Shown piece by piece: positions 1 through 12,984 of a stretch of DNA of 64,000 bases (position 1 is the first letter of the stretch; the number at the start of each line of letters is the position of its first letter). This DNA comes from Octopus sinensis (lineage: Eukaryota): assembly GCF_006345805.1 (NCBI RefSeq), contig NC_042998.1, positions 93,248,001 to 93,312,000 on the forward strand, read 5' to 3'. A program made the translations under genes and the position numbers. The notes below the pieces were generated by a model that worked only from the letters and a program-made list of their open reading frames with translations, did not search any database and was not told the DNA's origin.

Positions 1-146
1 TAGTTACATTTTCACCCTCAGTTACAGCCTCAGGGTGGTGCTTCTACCATTTGTCAGTAGTTTTGATTTTATAATTCTGACACATTATCCAATGTAAATA
101 TTGGCCAACTCTGTCATGTCTGGATTTGTACTCTACAGGATTATTA

Positions 147-195
<49 letters not shown>

Positions 196-196
<1 letters not shown>

Positions 197-420
197 TGCT
201 TCTTTATTGCCCACAGAGGGCTAAACATAGAATGAACAAACAAAGGGATTAAGTCGATTACATCGACCCCAGTGCATAACTGGTACTTAATTTATTGACC
301 CCCGAAAGGATGAAAGGCAAAATCGACCTTGGTGGAATTTGAACTCAGAATGTAAAGACAGATGAAATACCGCTGAGCATGTTGCCCGGTGTGGTAACAT
401 TTCTGCCAGCTCGCCACCTT
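196..420 (-). mobile_element. tRNA-derived SINE, family A (central GCCTTTCATCCTTT..GGGGTCGAT..AAGTACCAG domain, Deu/Nin-like), flanked by (ATT)n
   Basis: Reverse complement reads as a tRNA-like head (AAGGTGGCGAGCTGGCAGAAATG...TTCTGAGTTCAAATTCC) plus the core. More than 10 similar copies in the window. Confidence 0.75.
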
Positions 421-437
421 TATTATTATTATCATTA

Positions 438-469
<32 letters not shown>

Positions 470-492
470 TATTATTATTATTATTATTATAA

Positions 493-720
493 AGACAATG
501 AGTTGACAGAATCATTAGTGCGCTAAACAAAATGCTCATGATATTTCACCCATTGCTATGTTCTGTCTTCAAATTCTCTCGAGGTTGACTTTACCTTTCA
601 TCCTTTCAGGGTCGATAAAATAAGTACCAGTTGAACACTTGTATTGATGTAATCGACTCATCCCCTGCCGCAAAATTGTTGTCCTTGTGGCAAAATTTGA
701 AACCATTATTATTATTGTTA
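493..720 (+). mobile_element. SINE family A copy
   Basis: Same head and core (CCTTTCATCCTTTCAGGGTCGATAAAATAAGTACCAG), ends in (ATT)n. Confidence 0.75.
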
Positions 721-1193
721 TTGTTGTTGTTGTTGAAAGTGCTTTTACAATATCAGAACTGAAAAAAAGATATTTATATATGTGCAATACCTATCATTGC
801 ATCAGATTATCTTTTTCTTACACCAAACCAGCCAATGATATCTTTCCATTGTATTATACTAGTAAACAAAAGCACACTATTTTATTCAAAGTCTTCCATA
901 TGTATTTTAAATAATAAATGCTATGTTCCATTTTCCATAACTGTCCAAAGATCACCAAGGAAAAATTGGAGATTTAGTTTGTGAAAATTTAGTTTTGCAA
1001 TCACATGTAATACTGTTGTATGCAAAAATAAAACCAACTTATTCTTATCAGTGTTATGAATCTGGATTTCTTGCACCTATGGATTATATCTTATAGAACA
1101 ACAAATCCACAACATGAAAATACTAGTCCTGAAATGAAGGTCACTGGGACTCTGTATCAAATCTGTATAAGAAATATGCCAGGATATGTGTGT

Positions 1194-1194
<1 letters not shown>

Positions 1195-1275
<81 letters not shown>
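1195..1275. repeat. (TCTA)n microsatellite (representative; others at about 20319-20445, 21110-21195, 32160-32225)
   Basis: Direct reading; source of the SIYL pseudo-ORFs. Confidence 0.98.
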
Positions 1276-1319
1276 GTACATACATATATCTGTATATATG
1301 TATGAATGTCCAGTCCTGT

Positions 1320-1620
1320 TAAGAATACACCTGATGCATTGGGCAATATGATATGCTTGAGAAAACCTGTTGAATCAATTAAAATCAGTATCAAGCCTTG
1401 ACTGGCTTCCATGCCTGTGGTACATAAAAATCACCATCTGAACATGGTTGGTGCCAGGTCCACCTGACTGGCTCCCGTGCTGATGACATGTAGAAGGCAT
1501 CAGCCAAACGTGGCTGATGCCAGTACCCCCAGACTGGCTCCCATGCCAGTGCATATAAAAAGCACCATCCAAATGTGGTTGATGCCAGGTCCGCCCAACT
1601 GGCTTCCATACCGGTGGTAC
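1320..1620 (+). mobile_element. Isolated RTE LINE 3' UTR fragment
   Basis: Matches the 3' UTR units of the RTE copies at 11200-11700 and 18640-19140. Confidence 0.7.
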
Positions 1621-1837
1621 GTATTTATTCATTATTAACAAATTGGTCATCTTCACGTCTTACAGCTGTTTCAATTAATACTCAATAATTTAATTACAAA
1701 TTTGTACATTAAATTTGTATTTATGTGACATGAGCACAATTTCATCAGCGTAAAAAAAAGCCATACTAGGCATTGAACCAATATTTTCTTGGATGCAACC
1801 ATCCCTTCATGAGGTTAACATATTCTCAAATTACACA

Positions 1838-1929
<92 letters not shown>

Positions 1930-1966
1930 ATACATATATATCCATATCTATATCTATATCTATCTA

Positions 1967-1998
<32 letters not shown>

Positions 1999-2008
1999 CA
2001 TACATTTA

Positions 2009-2877
2009 TGAGGGCTGATCAATAAATATCCGGACTGTTGCCATAATAATGAAGCTAAAGCACATAGAGTGAAGCTGCTTGGCACAGATTGACTTTGAAC
2101 TCTGCTGTGCATGTGCATTAAGTTTTAACATTTTAGCTCACTTCCGCTGTTTACAGTAGTGCTTGGAAGGAAGGTGTGTAGCATGTGACAGAGAAAGTTG
2201 TCATGGTGTTAGTTGCCCAGAGGCCTATGCAAAGTTGCAGGAAGCGTATGAAGAGGAATGCATGAGATGCACACAAGTGTATGAGTGGTTCAGACCTTTC
2301 CAAGATGGCCACAAAAATGCTGATATTGGTGAATGTTCTGGGAGATGAAAGTTCTGCAACCAGCAAAACTGAGAAAAACATCACAGTTATGCATGCAGTT
2401 GTGAGGGGAAATTGTCAAATCACCATCAGATGTGCAGATTAGTTAGGGTTCAGTTCAGTCCATTATCACTGAAGATTTGTGTATGAGATGGATGTCAGCC
2501 AAGTTTGTGCCAAAACTGTTTTCAGCTGACCAAAAAGACACTCAAGTTTCAGTTGACCAAGATCCCTTGATTGTGTCGAGAACAATGACAACTTTTTGTA
2601 AACTTTGCATAGGCCTCTATGCAAGTATTGCCAAGCTTTTGGCAAAATTTGATGCAGATTCTCTGCCCAACTTTCTGTGTCATTGTCAATGCAACGATCA
2701 TGTACTACACACCTTCCTTTCAAGCACTGCTGTAAACAGTGGAACAGAGCTAGAATGTTAAAACTTAGTGCACATACACAGCAGTGTTCCAGGTCAATCT
2801 GTACCAAGCAGCTTCACTCTCTGTACTTTAGCTTTGTTATTATAGCAACAGTCCGGATACTTATTGATCAGACCGCG
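2009..2877. mobile_element. Non-autonomous mariner fold-back: both ends derive from the 5' end of a mariner
   Basis: TA|TGAGGGCTGATCAATAAATATCCGGACTG ... CAGTCCGGATACTTATTGATCAGACCGCG|TA. Arms align over about 230-280 bp. Decayed transposase N-terminus (AYAKLQEAY..QVYEWF..SGR; MRWMSAKFVPK) on +, and a second N-terminal start (QRICIKFCQKLG) on -. Confidence 0.88.
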
Positions 2878-2881
2878 TATG

Positions 2882-2922
<41 letters not shown>

Positions 2923-3098
2923 AATATTATAGGGAATAAATCCAAATTTACAAGGAAAAAAATCAGATTTAGGATTAAATCCAATTTTATAGTAAAATAT
3001 TATAAAATATTATTAGAGACAAAACCACTATTTTGCAAAACAAACAAGGAAAGACTTAATCAATACATAAAATTTTAATAATAGTCAAAAAAAAACCG

Positions 3099-3141
3099 CC
3101 ACTACAATTGTTTCTTGTCTTGATCGACAATCTTCAGGTGG
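3099..3141 (-). ncRNA. Minimal type I hammerhead ribozyme motif (mirror copy)
   Basis: Exact reverse complement of 6860-6902. Confidence 0.8.
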
Positions 3142-6100
3142 ACTTCCAATCTAAAATATCAATATTTTAAATACAAAAAATAATAATTTTAAAATAATTA
3201 AAGTATTAATGAAAAAATATAAATATATAATCCATATATAACCTATATATAATCCATATATAATCAATATATAAACAATATATAAACTAAAATAAACCTA
3301 TCAACAATTAAATATAAAATTAAATATAAAATATAAAATATAAAACAAACAAAAAAATAATAATATAATAATAAACTATATATACACCCATACACATATA
3401 ACTAATTATATATAACCATATCTAACTACATACACTAAATCACACACCTATATATATATCCCTATACATACACATAAAAACGTCTAGGCAACTATAAATA
3501 AATAAAATAGCTAAATACTTCAACACAATACTTATTCATACTCCCACACACACACATACAACCCACATTCCCGCTCTAGAAACGGACATCACTTAAAATT
3601 ATGAACGGAGAAATGGAATAAATGGAATTAAAAATTATATTCACTTGGTAAAACGAACACTACTTAAAAATTATGAATGAAACAATGCAATAAAACAACA
3701 GACATCGCAAATAGACACAAATTACTACGAATTCCTTAACAAACCTACCATGATAAACCAAAACTCATAAAAACATATAATGATAAAATCTCCCTTTACT
3801 AAACTCTATAACATACCTATATAGCAATCCCCCTAACCTAAACATTCACACATAAATACACACACGTAAATCACACACCCACGACATATACAAATACCCA
3901 CACCACTTACACATACCTATACATACATATAAACCTCAACATATACTCCAAAAACCCACTCAACCCCACACAGACAAATAAACACATACATCCCCAAACC
4001 TAAATAGCAAAACCCATAAACACATTCACACACAAATATACATACGTAAAACACACACCATATACATATACATACTCACCAAACTCGACATATACAACAA
4101 TATTAACACACCCACATTCATACAGATAAACAAACTACACAACCAAAATACGCACACACTCACACACAATCCCACATACATAAACACTCCAAAGAAAAAC
4201 AACATTATTACACATAATACGATATATAAAATACATCGTAAGTAACCGTAGTTTTATTAAAGAATCCATTCATAATAATTTTTTTTTTTTTTTTAAGTAG
4301 TGTTGGTTTGCCACGTGGATATAGTTTTTAGTTCCATTTATTCTATTTCTCCATCCATAATTTTAAATGACGTTTACTTTCCATGGCGCGTATTCTTTTT
4401 ATACATAAGTTATATTTCTATGGTAACGTAATTTTGGTTTGATTTTTTTAACGGCTTAGAATTTAATTTCACTTCATAATTTGAAACTGACTTGTAAGTA
4501 TGTATTTTATTTCTCCTTATGTCATATTGTTATTTTTGATATTCTGGTTAATTACGATGTATTTAATGTTGTTTTTCATTGGAGTGTTTATGTATATGAG
4601 ATTGTGTGTGAGTTTTTAGTTGTATAATTTATTTATCTGTATGAGTGTGGGTGTGTAAATATTGTTGTATATATCGAGTTTAGTGAGTATGTATATGCGT
4701 ATATGTGAGGGAGTATATGTATCTGTTGTGTGTGTGTGTTTTGCGTGTGTGTGTGTTTGTGTGTGAATGTGTATATGGGTTTGTTATTTAGGTTTGGGGA
4801 TGTATGTGTTAATTTGTCTGTGTGGGGAGGGAGTGGGTGTTTGGTGTATATTGAGGTTTATAAGTTAGTATAGGTATGTGTGAGTGAGGTGGGTATTTGT
4901 ATAAGTCGTGGGTCTGTGGTTTACGTGTGTGTATTTGCGTGTGAATGTTTAGGTTAGGGGGATTGCTATATAGGTTTGTTATAGAGTTTAGCAAAGGGAG
5001 ATTTTATCGTTATATGTTTATAAGAGTTTTGGTTTATCATGGTTTTTTTTTTTTTTTTTAGGGAATTCGTGGTAATTTGTCTATTTTCGATGTTGGTTGT
5101 TTTATTACATTGTTTCATTCATAATTTTTGAGTGGTGTTCGTTTTGCCACGTGAATATTATTTTTAATTCCATTTATTCCATTTCTCCATTCATTATTTT
5201 AAAAGATGTTCGTTTCCAGAGCGGTAATACTTTTTATACATATGTTAAGTTCCTTGGTAACGTAATTTTGTCTGGTGTATATGTTGAGGCTTATATGTAC
5301 TTGTGGGTGGGTGTGAGTGGGGTGGGTGTTTGTATTTGTTATGGGTGTGTGGTTTACGTGTGTGTATTTGTGTGTGAATGTATAGGTTAAAGGGATTGCT
5401 ATATAAGTATGTTATAGTGTTTAGTAAGGGAGGTTTTATCATTTATGTTTTTGTGAGTTTTAGCTTATCATGGTAGTTTTATAAAAGAATCCATTCATAA
5501 TTTTTTTTAAATAATGTTGGTTTACCGCGTGTATATAATTTTTAATTCCATTTATTCTATTTCTCCATTCATAATTTTAAGTGAGGTTTGCTTCCATAGC
5601 GCGTATTCTTTTTATACATAAGTTATGTTCCTATGGTAACGTAATTTTGGTTTGATGTTTTTAACGGATTAGAATTTAATTTCACTTCATAATTTGAAAC
5701 TGACTTGAAAGTATGTATATTATTTCTCCTTATGTCATATTATTATTTTTGATATTCTGGTTACTTACGATGTATTTTATATATCGTATTATGTGTAATA
5801 TGTTGTTTTTCTTTGGAGTGTTTATGTATGTGGGATTGTGTGTGAGTGTGTGCGTATTTTGGTTGTGTAGTTTGTTTATCTGTATGAATGTGGGTGTGTT
5901 AATATTGTTGTATATGTCGAGTTTGGTGAGTATGTATATGTATATGGTGTGTGTTTTACGTATGTATATTTGTGTGTGAATGTGTTTATGGGTTTTGCTA
6001 TTTAGGTTTGGGGATGTATGTGTTTATTTGTCTGTGTGGGGTTGAGTGGGTTTTTGGAGTATATGTTGAGGTTTATATGTATGTATAGGTATGTGTAAGT

Positions 6101-6859
6101 GGTGTGGGTATTTGTATATGTCGTGGTGTGTGATTTACGTGTGTGTATTTATGTGTGAATGTTAGGTAGGGGGATTGCTATATAGGTATGTTATAGAGTT
6201 TAGTAAAAGGAGATTTTATCATTATATGTTTTTATGAGTTTTGGTTTATCATGGTAGGTTTGTTAAGGAATTCGTAGTAATTTGTGTCTATTTGCGATGT
6301 CTGTTGTTTTATTGCATTGTTTCATTCATAATTTTTAAGTAGTGTTCGTTTTACCAAGTGAATATAATTTTTAATTCCATTTATTCCATTTCTCCGTTCA
6401 TAATTTTAAGTGATGTCCGTTTCTAGAGCGGGAATGTGGGTTGTATGTGTGTGTGTGGGAGTATGAATAAGTATTGTGTTGAAGTATTTAGCTATTTTAT
6501 TTATTTATAGTTGCCTAGACGTTTTTATGTGTATGTATAGGGATATATATATAGGTGTGTGATTTAGTGTATGTAGTTAGATATAGTTATATATAATTAG
6601 TTATATGTGTATGGGTGTATATATAGTTTATTATTATATTATTATTATTTTTTTGTTTTATTTTATCTTTTATATTTTATATTTTATATTTAATTGTTGA
6701 TAGGTTTATTTTAGTTTATATATTGTTTATATATTGATTATATATGGATTATATATAGGTTATATATGGATTATATATTTATATTTTTTCATTAATACTT
6801 TAATTATTTTAAAATTATTATTTTTATATTTTAAAATATTGATATTTTAGATTGGAAGT

Positions 6860-6902
6860 CCACCTGAAGATTGTCGATCAAGACAAGAAACAATTGTAGT
6901 GG
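6860..6902 (+). ncRNA. Minimal type I hammerhead ribozyme motif, Penelope type
   Basis: CCAC-CTGAAGA-TTGTC gatcaa GACAA-GAAA-CAATTG-TA-GTGG: stem I CCAC/GTGG, core CUGANGA and GAAA, 5-bp stem II, palindromic stem III ACAATTGT, GUA cleavage triplet. Confidence 0.8.
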
Positions 6903-7014
6903 CGGTTTTTTTGACTATTTATTAAAATTTTATGTATTGATTAAGTCTTTCCTTGTTTGTTTTGCAAAATAGTGGTTTTGTCTCTAATAATATTTTATAT
7001 ATATATATATATAT

Positions 7015-7345
7015 CATCATCATCATCGTCGTCGTCGTCATTCAGCGTTCGTTTTCCATGCTGGCATGGGTTGGACAGTTTCACAGGTCTGGAAAGCCAG
7101 TGGCTGCACCAGGCTTCAATCTGATCTGGTAATGTTTCTATGGCTTGATGCCCTTCCTAATGCCAACTACTCCAAGAGTGAAGTGGGTGCTTTTTACATG
7201 CCACCAGCACAGGAGCCAGTCAGGCAGACCTGGCATCGATCACATCTGGATAGTGCTTTTTACATGTCACTGGCATGTGAGCCAGTCAGGGGGCACTGGC
7301 AACAGCCATGTTTGGATGGCACTTTTTATGTGCCACCGGCAAGGT
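7015..7345 (-). mobile_element. RTE 3' tail ending in (GAT)n
   Basis: Reverse complement of the GGCATTAGGAAGGGCATC...CCAACCCATGCCAGCATGGAAA..(GAT)n tail. Confidence 0.8.
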
Positions 7346-8789
7346 AATCAGTCAGGTAGCCCTTGTTTCTGGGGAGAGTCACTCTCTTTTAGAGCCTTAT
7401 TACTTAACACACTTACCAGTTCGATATATACTTACATATATATATGTGTGTGTGTATGTGTCTATGTATTTATATTGTGGGAAAGCTAGTTATATAATAA
7501 TAATAATAATGAAATTATTGTATACAGTGCTCAGGTGCACCACATGCTGGGGACAGTTAGTCATGCTGGGGACATTTTCTAATGGCATGATAAAATTCAA
7601 GAACTGAATCTGTAATGAGGTTTGTGACAGGAAGGGTACTTAGCTGTAAAAACCACACCAAAAAGTGAAAAATAAATGAAGACAATGCAAGGCAGAGGAG
7701 TTTCATTTGTCTTGTCAGGGATAACATGTCCAATGTTTGTAAATTGATGAAGTGCACCAGTCCTTACTGTACATAACTGGTCAAGGAAAGGTTGAAAGCA
7801 TGCCAAAAACAGTGTATATAACAATAGATGAAGTCATATTTTCTCTTGCTGCTGTGTGTGCCAGATAATGAAAAACTATGGAAGGTAGTTGGAAGATGAC
7901 ATTATGGCCCGTCCATGCGAAAAAAAAAACTGCCCTGGAAGTAAAATGACAATGACAACAACAGTGGTAATGATGATAATGATGATGGCAGTGATGATGA
8001 TGGTGATGACAATGATGATGATGACCATGACGATAATAATAATGGGTGTAATGGTGGCATTGATGATGGTAACAGTGATGGTAATAACAATGATGATGCA
8101 CAAGTGCATGTATGTGTGTGTACATGTGTATGTGTATCACAGAATATAGTGCTATTTAATAGCTCAGCTGGCTGTATCTCTAAATTTAATCAGAAAGAGT
8201 GTTTGTATAGTAATCATATATCAGATTATTCTGACATGGACTGGTAGCTATTTTCCCACTGGACAATTTGAGGTAAATAGATCTCATTATCTCTCTCAAG
8301 ATTGCAATGCAATCACAGCTCAACAAGACAAAAACATATGACACATGTGCCTTGCATTTGCTGAATAAAACCCTGTATGTTGGCAAGTAATCTACTTCAC
8401 TATGAATTCAGTTCACTAAATGAATATGGAGGGGAAAAAAAGAAAAGGAAAAACACAGCAAAAATAAGGAACAAAATATAAAATAAAAATCTCATAACAA
8501 TTGTGTAGAGAAGTTTGTTATTATATGAGATATTATATGATATCTCATAAAACCTGGCTACCATCTGAAATTTTATATGATTATAATCATTATCTTTCAT
8601 TCCTTTTAATTCTTTCAAGTTACTGTATTATTCTTGAAATTGTAATGAAATCTTTATTGGTGCTTAAGGGGACCAAAACTTATTTATTGCTATAACACAA
8701 TTAGATGAAATGTTATATATAAATAAATAAATAAAATGAATCATATATTTTCATATATTTTCCAGGGTTCAGCCAACATTTCAGGGACT

Positions 8790-9050
8790 CTGCTTACCAA
8801 CCACATGGCTCTGGATTCAATCCCACTGCATGGCACCTTGGGCAAATGTCTTCAACTATAGCCTTGGGCCAAGCCTTGTGAGTGGATTTGGTAGACAGAA
8901 ACGGAAAGAAGCCCATCATATTTGTGTTTACATTCCTGTAACTTAGTAGTTAAGCAAAAGAGATCGATAGAATAAGTACTGGGCTTACAAAGAATAAGTG
9001 CTGGGGTCAATTTGTTTGACTAAAGGTGATGCTCTAGCATGGCCACAGTC
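8790..9050 (+). mobile_element. tRNA-derived SINE, family B (GCACCTTGGGCAAGTGTC core)
   Basis: Head, core and tail shared with about 20 copies in the window. Confidence 0.75.
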
Positions 9051-9059
9051 AAATATATA

Positions 9060-9447
9060 TATATTGAATTGTGTCCAATGGTCCGGCAAGTAAAGTGAGA
9101 TCTCAGTCGTGGCTGATAACAGTGTTGCATAACCAGCCCATTTAAAAGTACCCTTGAATCACTGGGTGATATGTTGTGCTTAAGAAGACCTATTGAGTCA
9201 AGTAAAATCAAAATCAAAATCAAAATTGTAGTTGTGGCTGATGCCAGTGCCACCTGACTGGCTCCTATGCTGGTGGCATGTAAAAAAGCACTCTCAGAGG
9301 GGTTGGTGTTGGGAAGGGCATCCAGCTGTAGAAACCATGCCAGATCATATTGGAGCTTGGTACAGCCTACTGGCTTGCCAGTCCTCAGTCAGACCGTCCA
9401 TGCCAGTATGAAAAACAGATGTTAAATGATGATGATGATGATGATGA
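9060..9447 (+). mobile_element. RTE 3' UTR and tail
   Basis: Same tail as the adjacent RTE, ends in (GAT)n. Confidence 0.8.
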
Positions 9448-9467
9448 TATATATATATATATATATA

Positions 9468-11711
9468 GTTAAAACCTTCCCAGGTGTAGAATGCACCCCA
9501 CAACATAGATTAGTAGTTAACGACTTCAGGATCAGGACTAAATGGATGCCCAGAAGACGACCAGAAGAAGAGTCTGAAAGCTTAAGGATCCTGTAAAAGG
9601 ACAGAAATTTAGAGACATATTACTCAAAGCTTTTGACGAAATAGAGGGGGATATAGCATCACATGATGTGGAAGACAACTGGAGGTTCCTACAGCACAAC
9701 ATGTTGAGCGTTACTGACCAGATCTGTGGATGGTGTAAAGTCCCTGCTTCACCCAAAGTAATGTTGTGGTGGAACAATTTAGTTGACAGGGCCATTAGGG
9801 AAAAGAAACAGGTAGTAGTAAGGAATTGTATCAGTTTGACACAAGGGAAGCTAGGAGACAGGTTTACTTAGCCAAAGGGGAAGCTGATAAGAAAAAATTT
9901 GTGAGGACCAAAGGCTTAAAGTATTTTGTGTCGCAGAACAGTGTGTGAGAGACAGAATCATTATGTCATAGGAGAAAAATATGTCTGCACGGATGATGGC
10001 TCACTTGCATTTAATGAGGCTGCAAAGAGAGAGACCTGGAGATGCTACTATGAAAGGTTGCTAAATGAAGAGAATGAAAGGGAGAAAGAGAGTCTGCTGA
10101 ATGTCTACTCAACAGAGGGACCAGCTATCTGGATTGAGAGTACCTTGGTAGACAAAGCATTTAAAAGTATAAAGACAGGGAAAGCCCCCGGCCCATCAAG
10201 AATCACCGCAGGGGTGCTCAAAATATCTGGCAGTGTCGGATATAGTCTTGTCACCTGTATAGTGAATCAGGTGATACATGAAGGAGTCATACCCAATGAT
10301 TAGTGTAGCAGTCATTGGGTATGACTGTAAAGAAGATGCATTGGATATGAATAATTACAGAGGTATCAAGTTGTTGGATCAGGTAATGAAAGTCACAGAG
10401 AGGGTCATAGCCCAACTAATTAGGGAGAGAGTTAGTTTAGATGAGATGCATTTTGGGTTTGTGCCAGGGAAAAGCATCACTGATGCTATATTTCTGGTAA
10501 GACAGCTGCAGGAGAAATACCTAACCAAAGATAAACCTCTGTACCTGGCCTTCATTGACATGGAGAAAACCTTTGATAGGGTCTCCTGATCCCTTATCTG
10601 GTGGTCAATGTGTAAACTAGAGATAGATGAGTGGTTAGTGAGAGCTGTATAAGCCATGTACAGGGATGCTGTCAGTAAGGTGAGGGTTGGGCAACAAGTA
10701 TAGTGAAGAATTCCAGGTAGGAATGGGTGTTCACCAAGGATCAGTCCTCAACCCCCTCTTATTCATCATAGTCCTCCAGGCAATAACAGAGGAATTCAAG
10801 ACAGGATGCCTCTGGGAGCTTCTCTGTGCTGATGACCTTGCTCTAATAGCTGAGTCACTACCAGAACTAGAGGAGAAGTTTCAGGTGTAGAAGCAAGGTC
10901 TAAACTTAAGGGGCTTAGAGTCGATCTAGCAAAAACCAGTCTTAATAAGTAGGAAGGCAGACAAACCACAAATCCCTTCAGGTAGATAGCCCTGCTTGAT
11001 CTGTTGAAAAGGTGTAAGTAGAAACTCTGTAAGATGTACTTGGTGTAAGCTATGGACACATAAAAGGTGCAACAATATCAAAGGAAGACTAACTGGGAAG
11101 GTAGTTTTTTGTGTGACAAATGCTCAGGGGCAATAAACACTGAAAATGTGCAGAAAACAGCATAACCAGCATAACCAGTGCAGCATAACCAGCCCATTTA
11201 AGAGCACTCTTCAATCATTGGGCAATAAGCTGCACTTGCGAAGACCTGTTGAGTCAAGTGATGTCATTGTCGTGGCCGATGACAGTACTGCCTGATTGGC
11301 ATCCGTGCTGGCGGCATATAAAAAGCACCATTCAAGCATGGCCGATGCCAGTGCCATCTGAGTGGTCCCATGCTGGTGGCATGTAAAATGTGCCATTTGA
11401 GCATGGTTGATGCCAGTGCCGGCTATTGCCAGTGCCACCTGACTGGCTTCCATGCCGGTGGCATGTAAAAAGCATCATTCAGGCATGGTCGATGCCAGTA
11501 CTGCCTGACTAGCTCTCGTGCTGGTGGCACGTAAAAAGCACCCACTACACTCTCGGAGTGGTTGGCGTTAAGAAGGGCATCCAGCTGTAGAAACATTGCC
11601 AGATCAGATTGGAGCCTTGTGCAGCCTTCTGGCTTGCCAGCCCTCAGTTAAACCGTCCAACCCATGCCAGCATGGAAAGCAGACGTTAAACAACAATGAT
11701 GATGATGATGA
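9468..11711 (+). mobile_element. 5'-truncated, frameshifted RTE-clade LINE (end of AP endonuclease, RT, PHD finger, internal deletion, 3' tail)
   Basis: Fragments NYRGIKLLDQVMKV, QFGFVPGKS.TDAIF, LAFIDMEKTFDRV, GVHQGSVLNPLLF, ELLCADDLAL; (GAT)n tail. Confidence 0.92.
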
Positions 11712-11803
11712 TATATATCTATACACACACACACACATATACATACATACATACATACATACATACATACATACATACATACATACATACATGCATACAT
11801 AAT

Positions 11804-11866
<63 letters not shown>

Positions 11867-11874
11867 CAAAATGC

Positions 11875-12540
11875 TAACCATGTTACAGTGTGAACTGGAT
11901 GCTTTTAATGTAGTACCAGCACTGGTAGGGTAACCAAGTAATTCACAAGACAAGGAATTATTAGAGGGGCAGGGCATTTGAGGGGAACTTGTGTCAGAGG
12001 ATGAAAGGTTAGAGTGTGACAGAGAGATAGAGTGACAGAAGCAGGTGTCTTACCACAACAGAGAGGGTATTAGAAGAGGTGATCCAGTATCAGATGATGA
12101 AAGGTTAGGATGTAACAGAGAAATAGAGAGGCAGAAATGTCTTGCTATAGAGGAGGTACATCGTTACCCAGTATGTGTGTGTGTGTGTGTGAGAGAGAAA
12201 GAGTGAGAGAGCGAGAGAAAAGAGGTAGAGGGTGAGAGAGAGGTACAAGAAAGAGGCCAGAAACAAGTGAGTTGATGTAAAGGAGATACTCGGTTACCTG
12301 GTTAGAGGAAGAACAAAAGAAGGGGAGTGAGAATGGCCAAAGAGAAAAAGAGAGAGAGTAGGAAACGGCAAAAGTGTAAGAGAGAGCAGAAGAGAGATGA
12401 TGTGGTGCTAAGGTATACTCACAAGTAACAAGGATCTGAGCATAGAACCTGGGTAGAAAAATAGAGTGCGGTAGCAGCAATACAGTGAGTAGGGCAGTGA
12501 GGGCAAGAAAGGGGACTGGAAAACAATTATGATTTACAAA
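11875..12540 (-). mobile_element. Element with a long pyrimidine-rich body joined to an RTE-type tail (same family as 62770-64000)
   Basis: Reverse complement shares CACCTTTCATCATCT..ATCACCTC and TCTTG..A.TACTTGGT.ACCCT..CAGTGC with 63720-63840. Confidence 0.55.
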
Positions 12541-12984
12541 GAGGAAATGTGAGGCTGAGAAAGATGCAATTAGAAGAGGGGTTGTAGTTTGTAGTTTGGT
12601 TTCTTAGGGTAGAATGGCTGGAAAGTGTGTTCATGTAGTTCAGTAAGAGAACTCACAAAGAGGGCCATGATTTCAACTTCTTTTAGGGATAATATTTGTC
12701 AGGGAATTTTGTCAGCTGTATCATTCACATATGCATGAAAGTAACTAAACTGTGGTCAGTAAATTCCACAGCTTTTTCAGTTTTCCTTGCCATAAGTCAT
12801 GCATGTGAATAATTTTTTAATACATGTGTTAATCTCTGCCATGGTGCAGACTCATTAGCAATTTAATAAAATGATATTTAGAGCAATTTTCAATAACTAA
12901 ATAAAGAGATTTTCATTGTTTTAACCTCAAGAAACTATTAAAATAATTTATATAAAACTCCCCCGCATATTTACCCCTTATTCT

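Larger units (their letters stand above)
2917..6999. mobile_element. About 4-kb non-coding Penelope-like fold-back element (arms about 3000-4247 and 5759-6999, spacer made of older direct copies)
   Basis: Arms are near-identical reverse complements. Spacer 4248-5758 repeats the right-arm sequence with a period of about 1220 bp (GTAGTTTTAT.AAAGAATCCATTC at about 4248 and 5473). Hammerhead motif near each outer end. PLE origin is inferred. Confidence 0.7.

Noticed and set aside
4870-6200. TTAGG-like words in the G/T-rich strand suggesting a telomere-associated element
   Set aside because: Isolated words, not tandem telomeric repeats; expected from base composition.
8187-8272. Candidate exon encoding ..IILTWTGSYFPTGQFE|GTAAAT
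   Set aside because: Weak acceptor, no family match.
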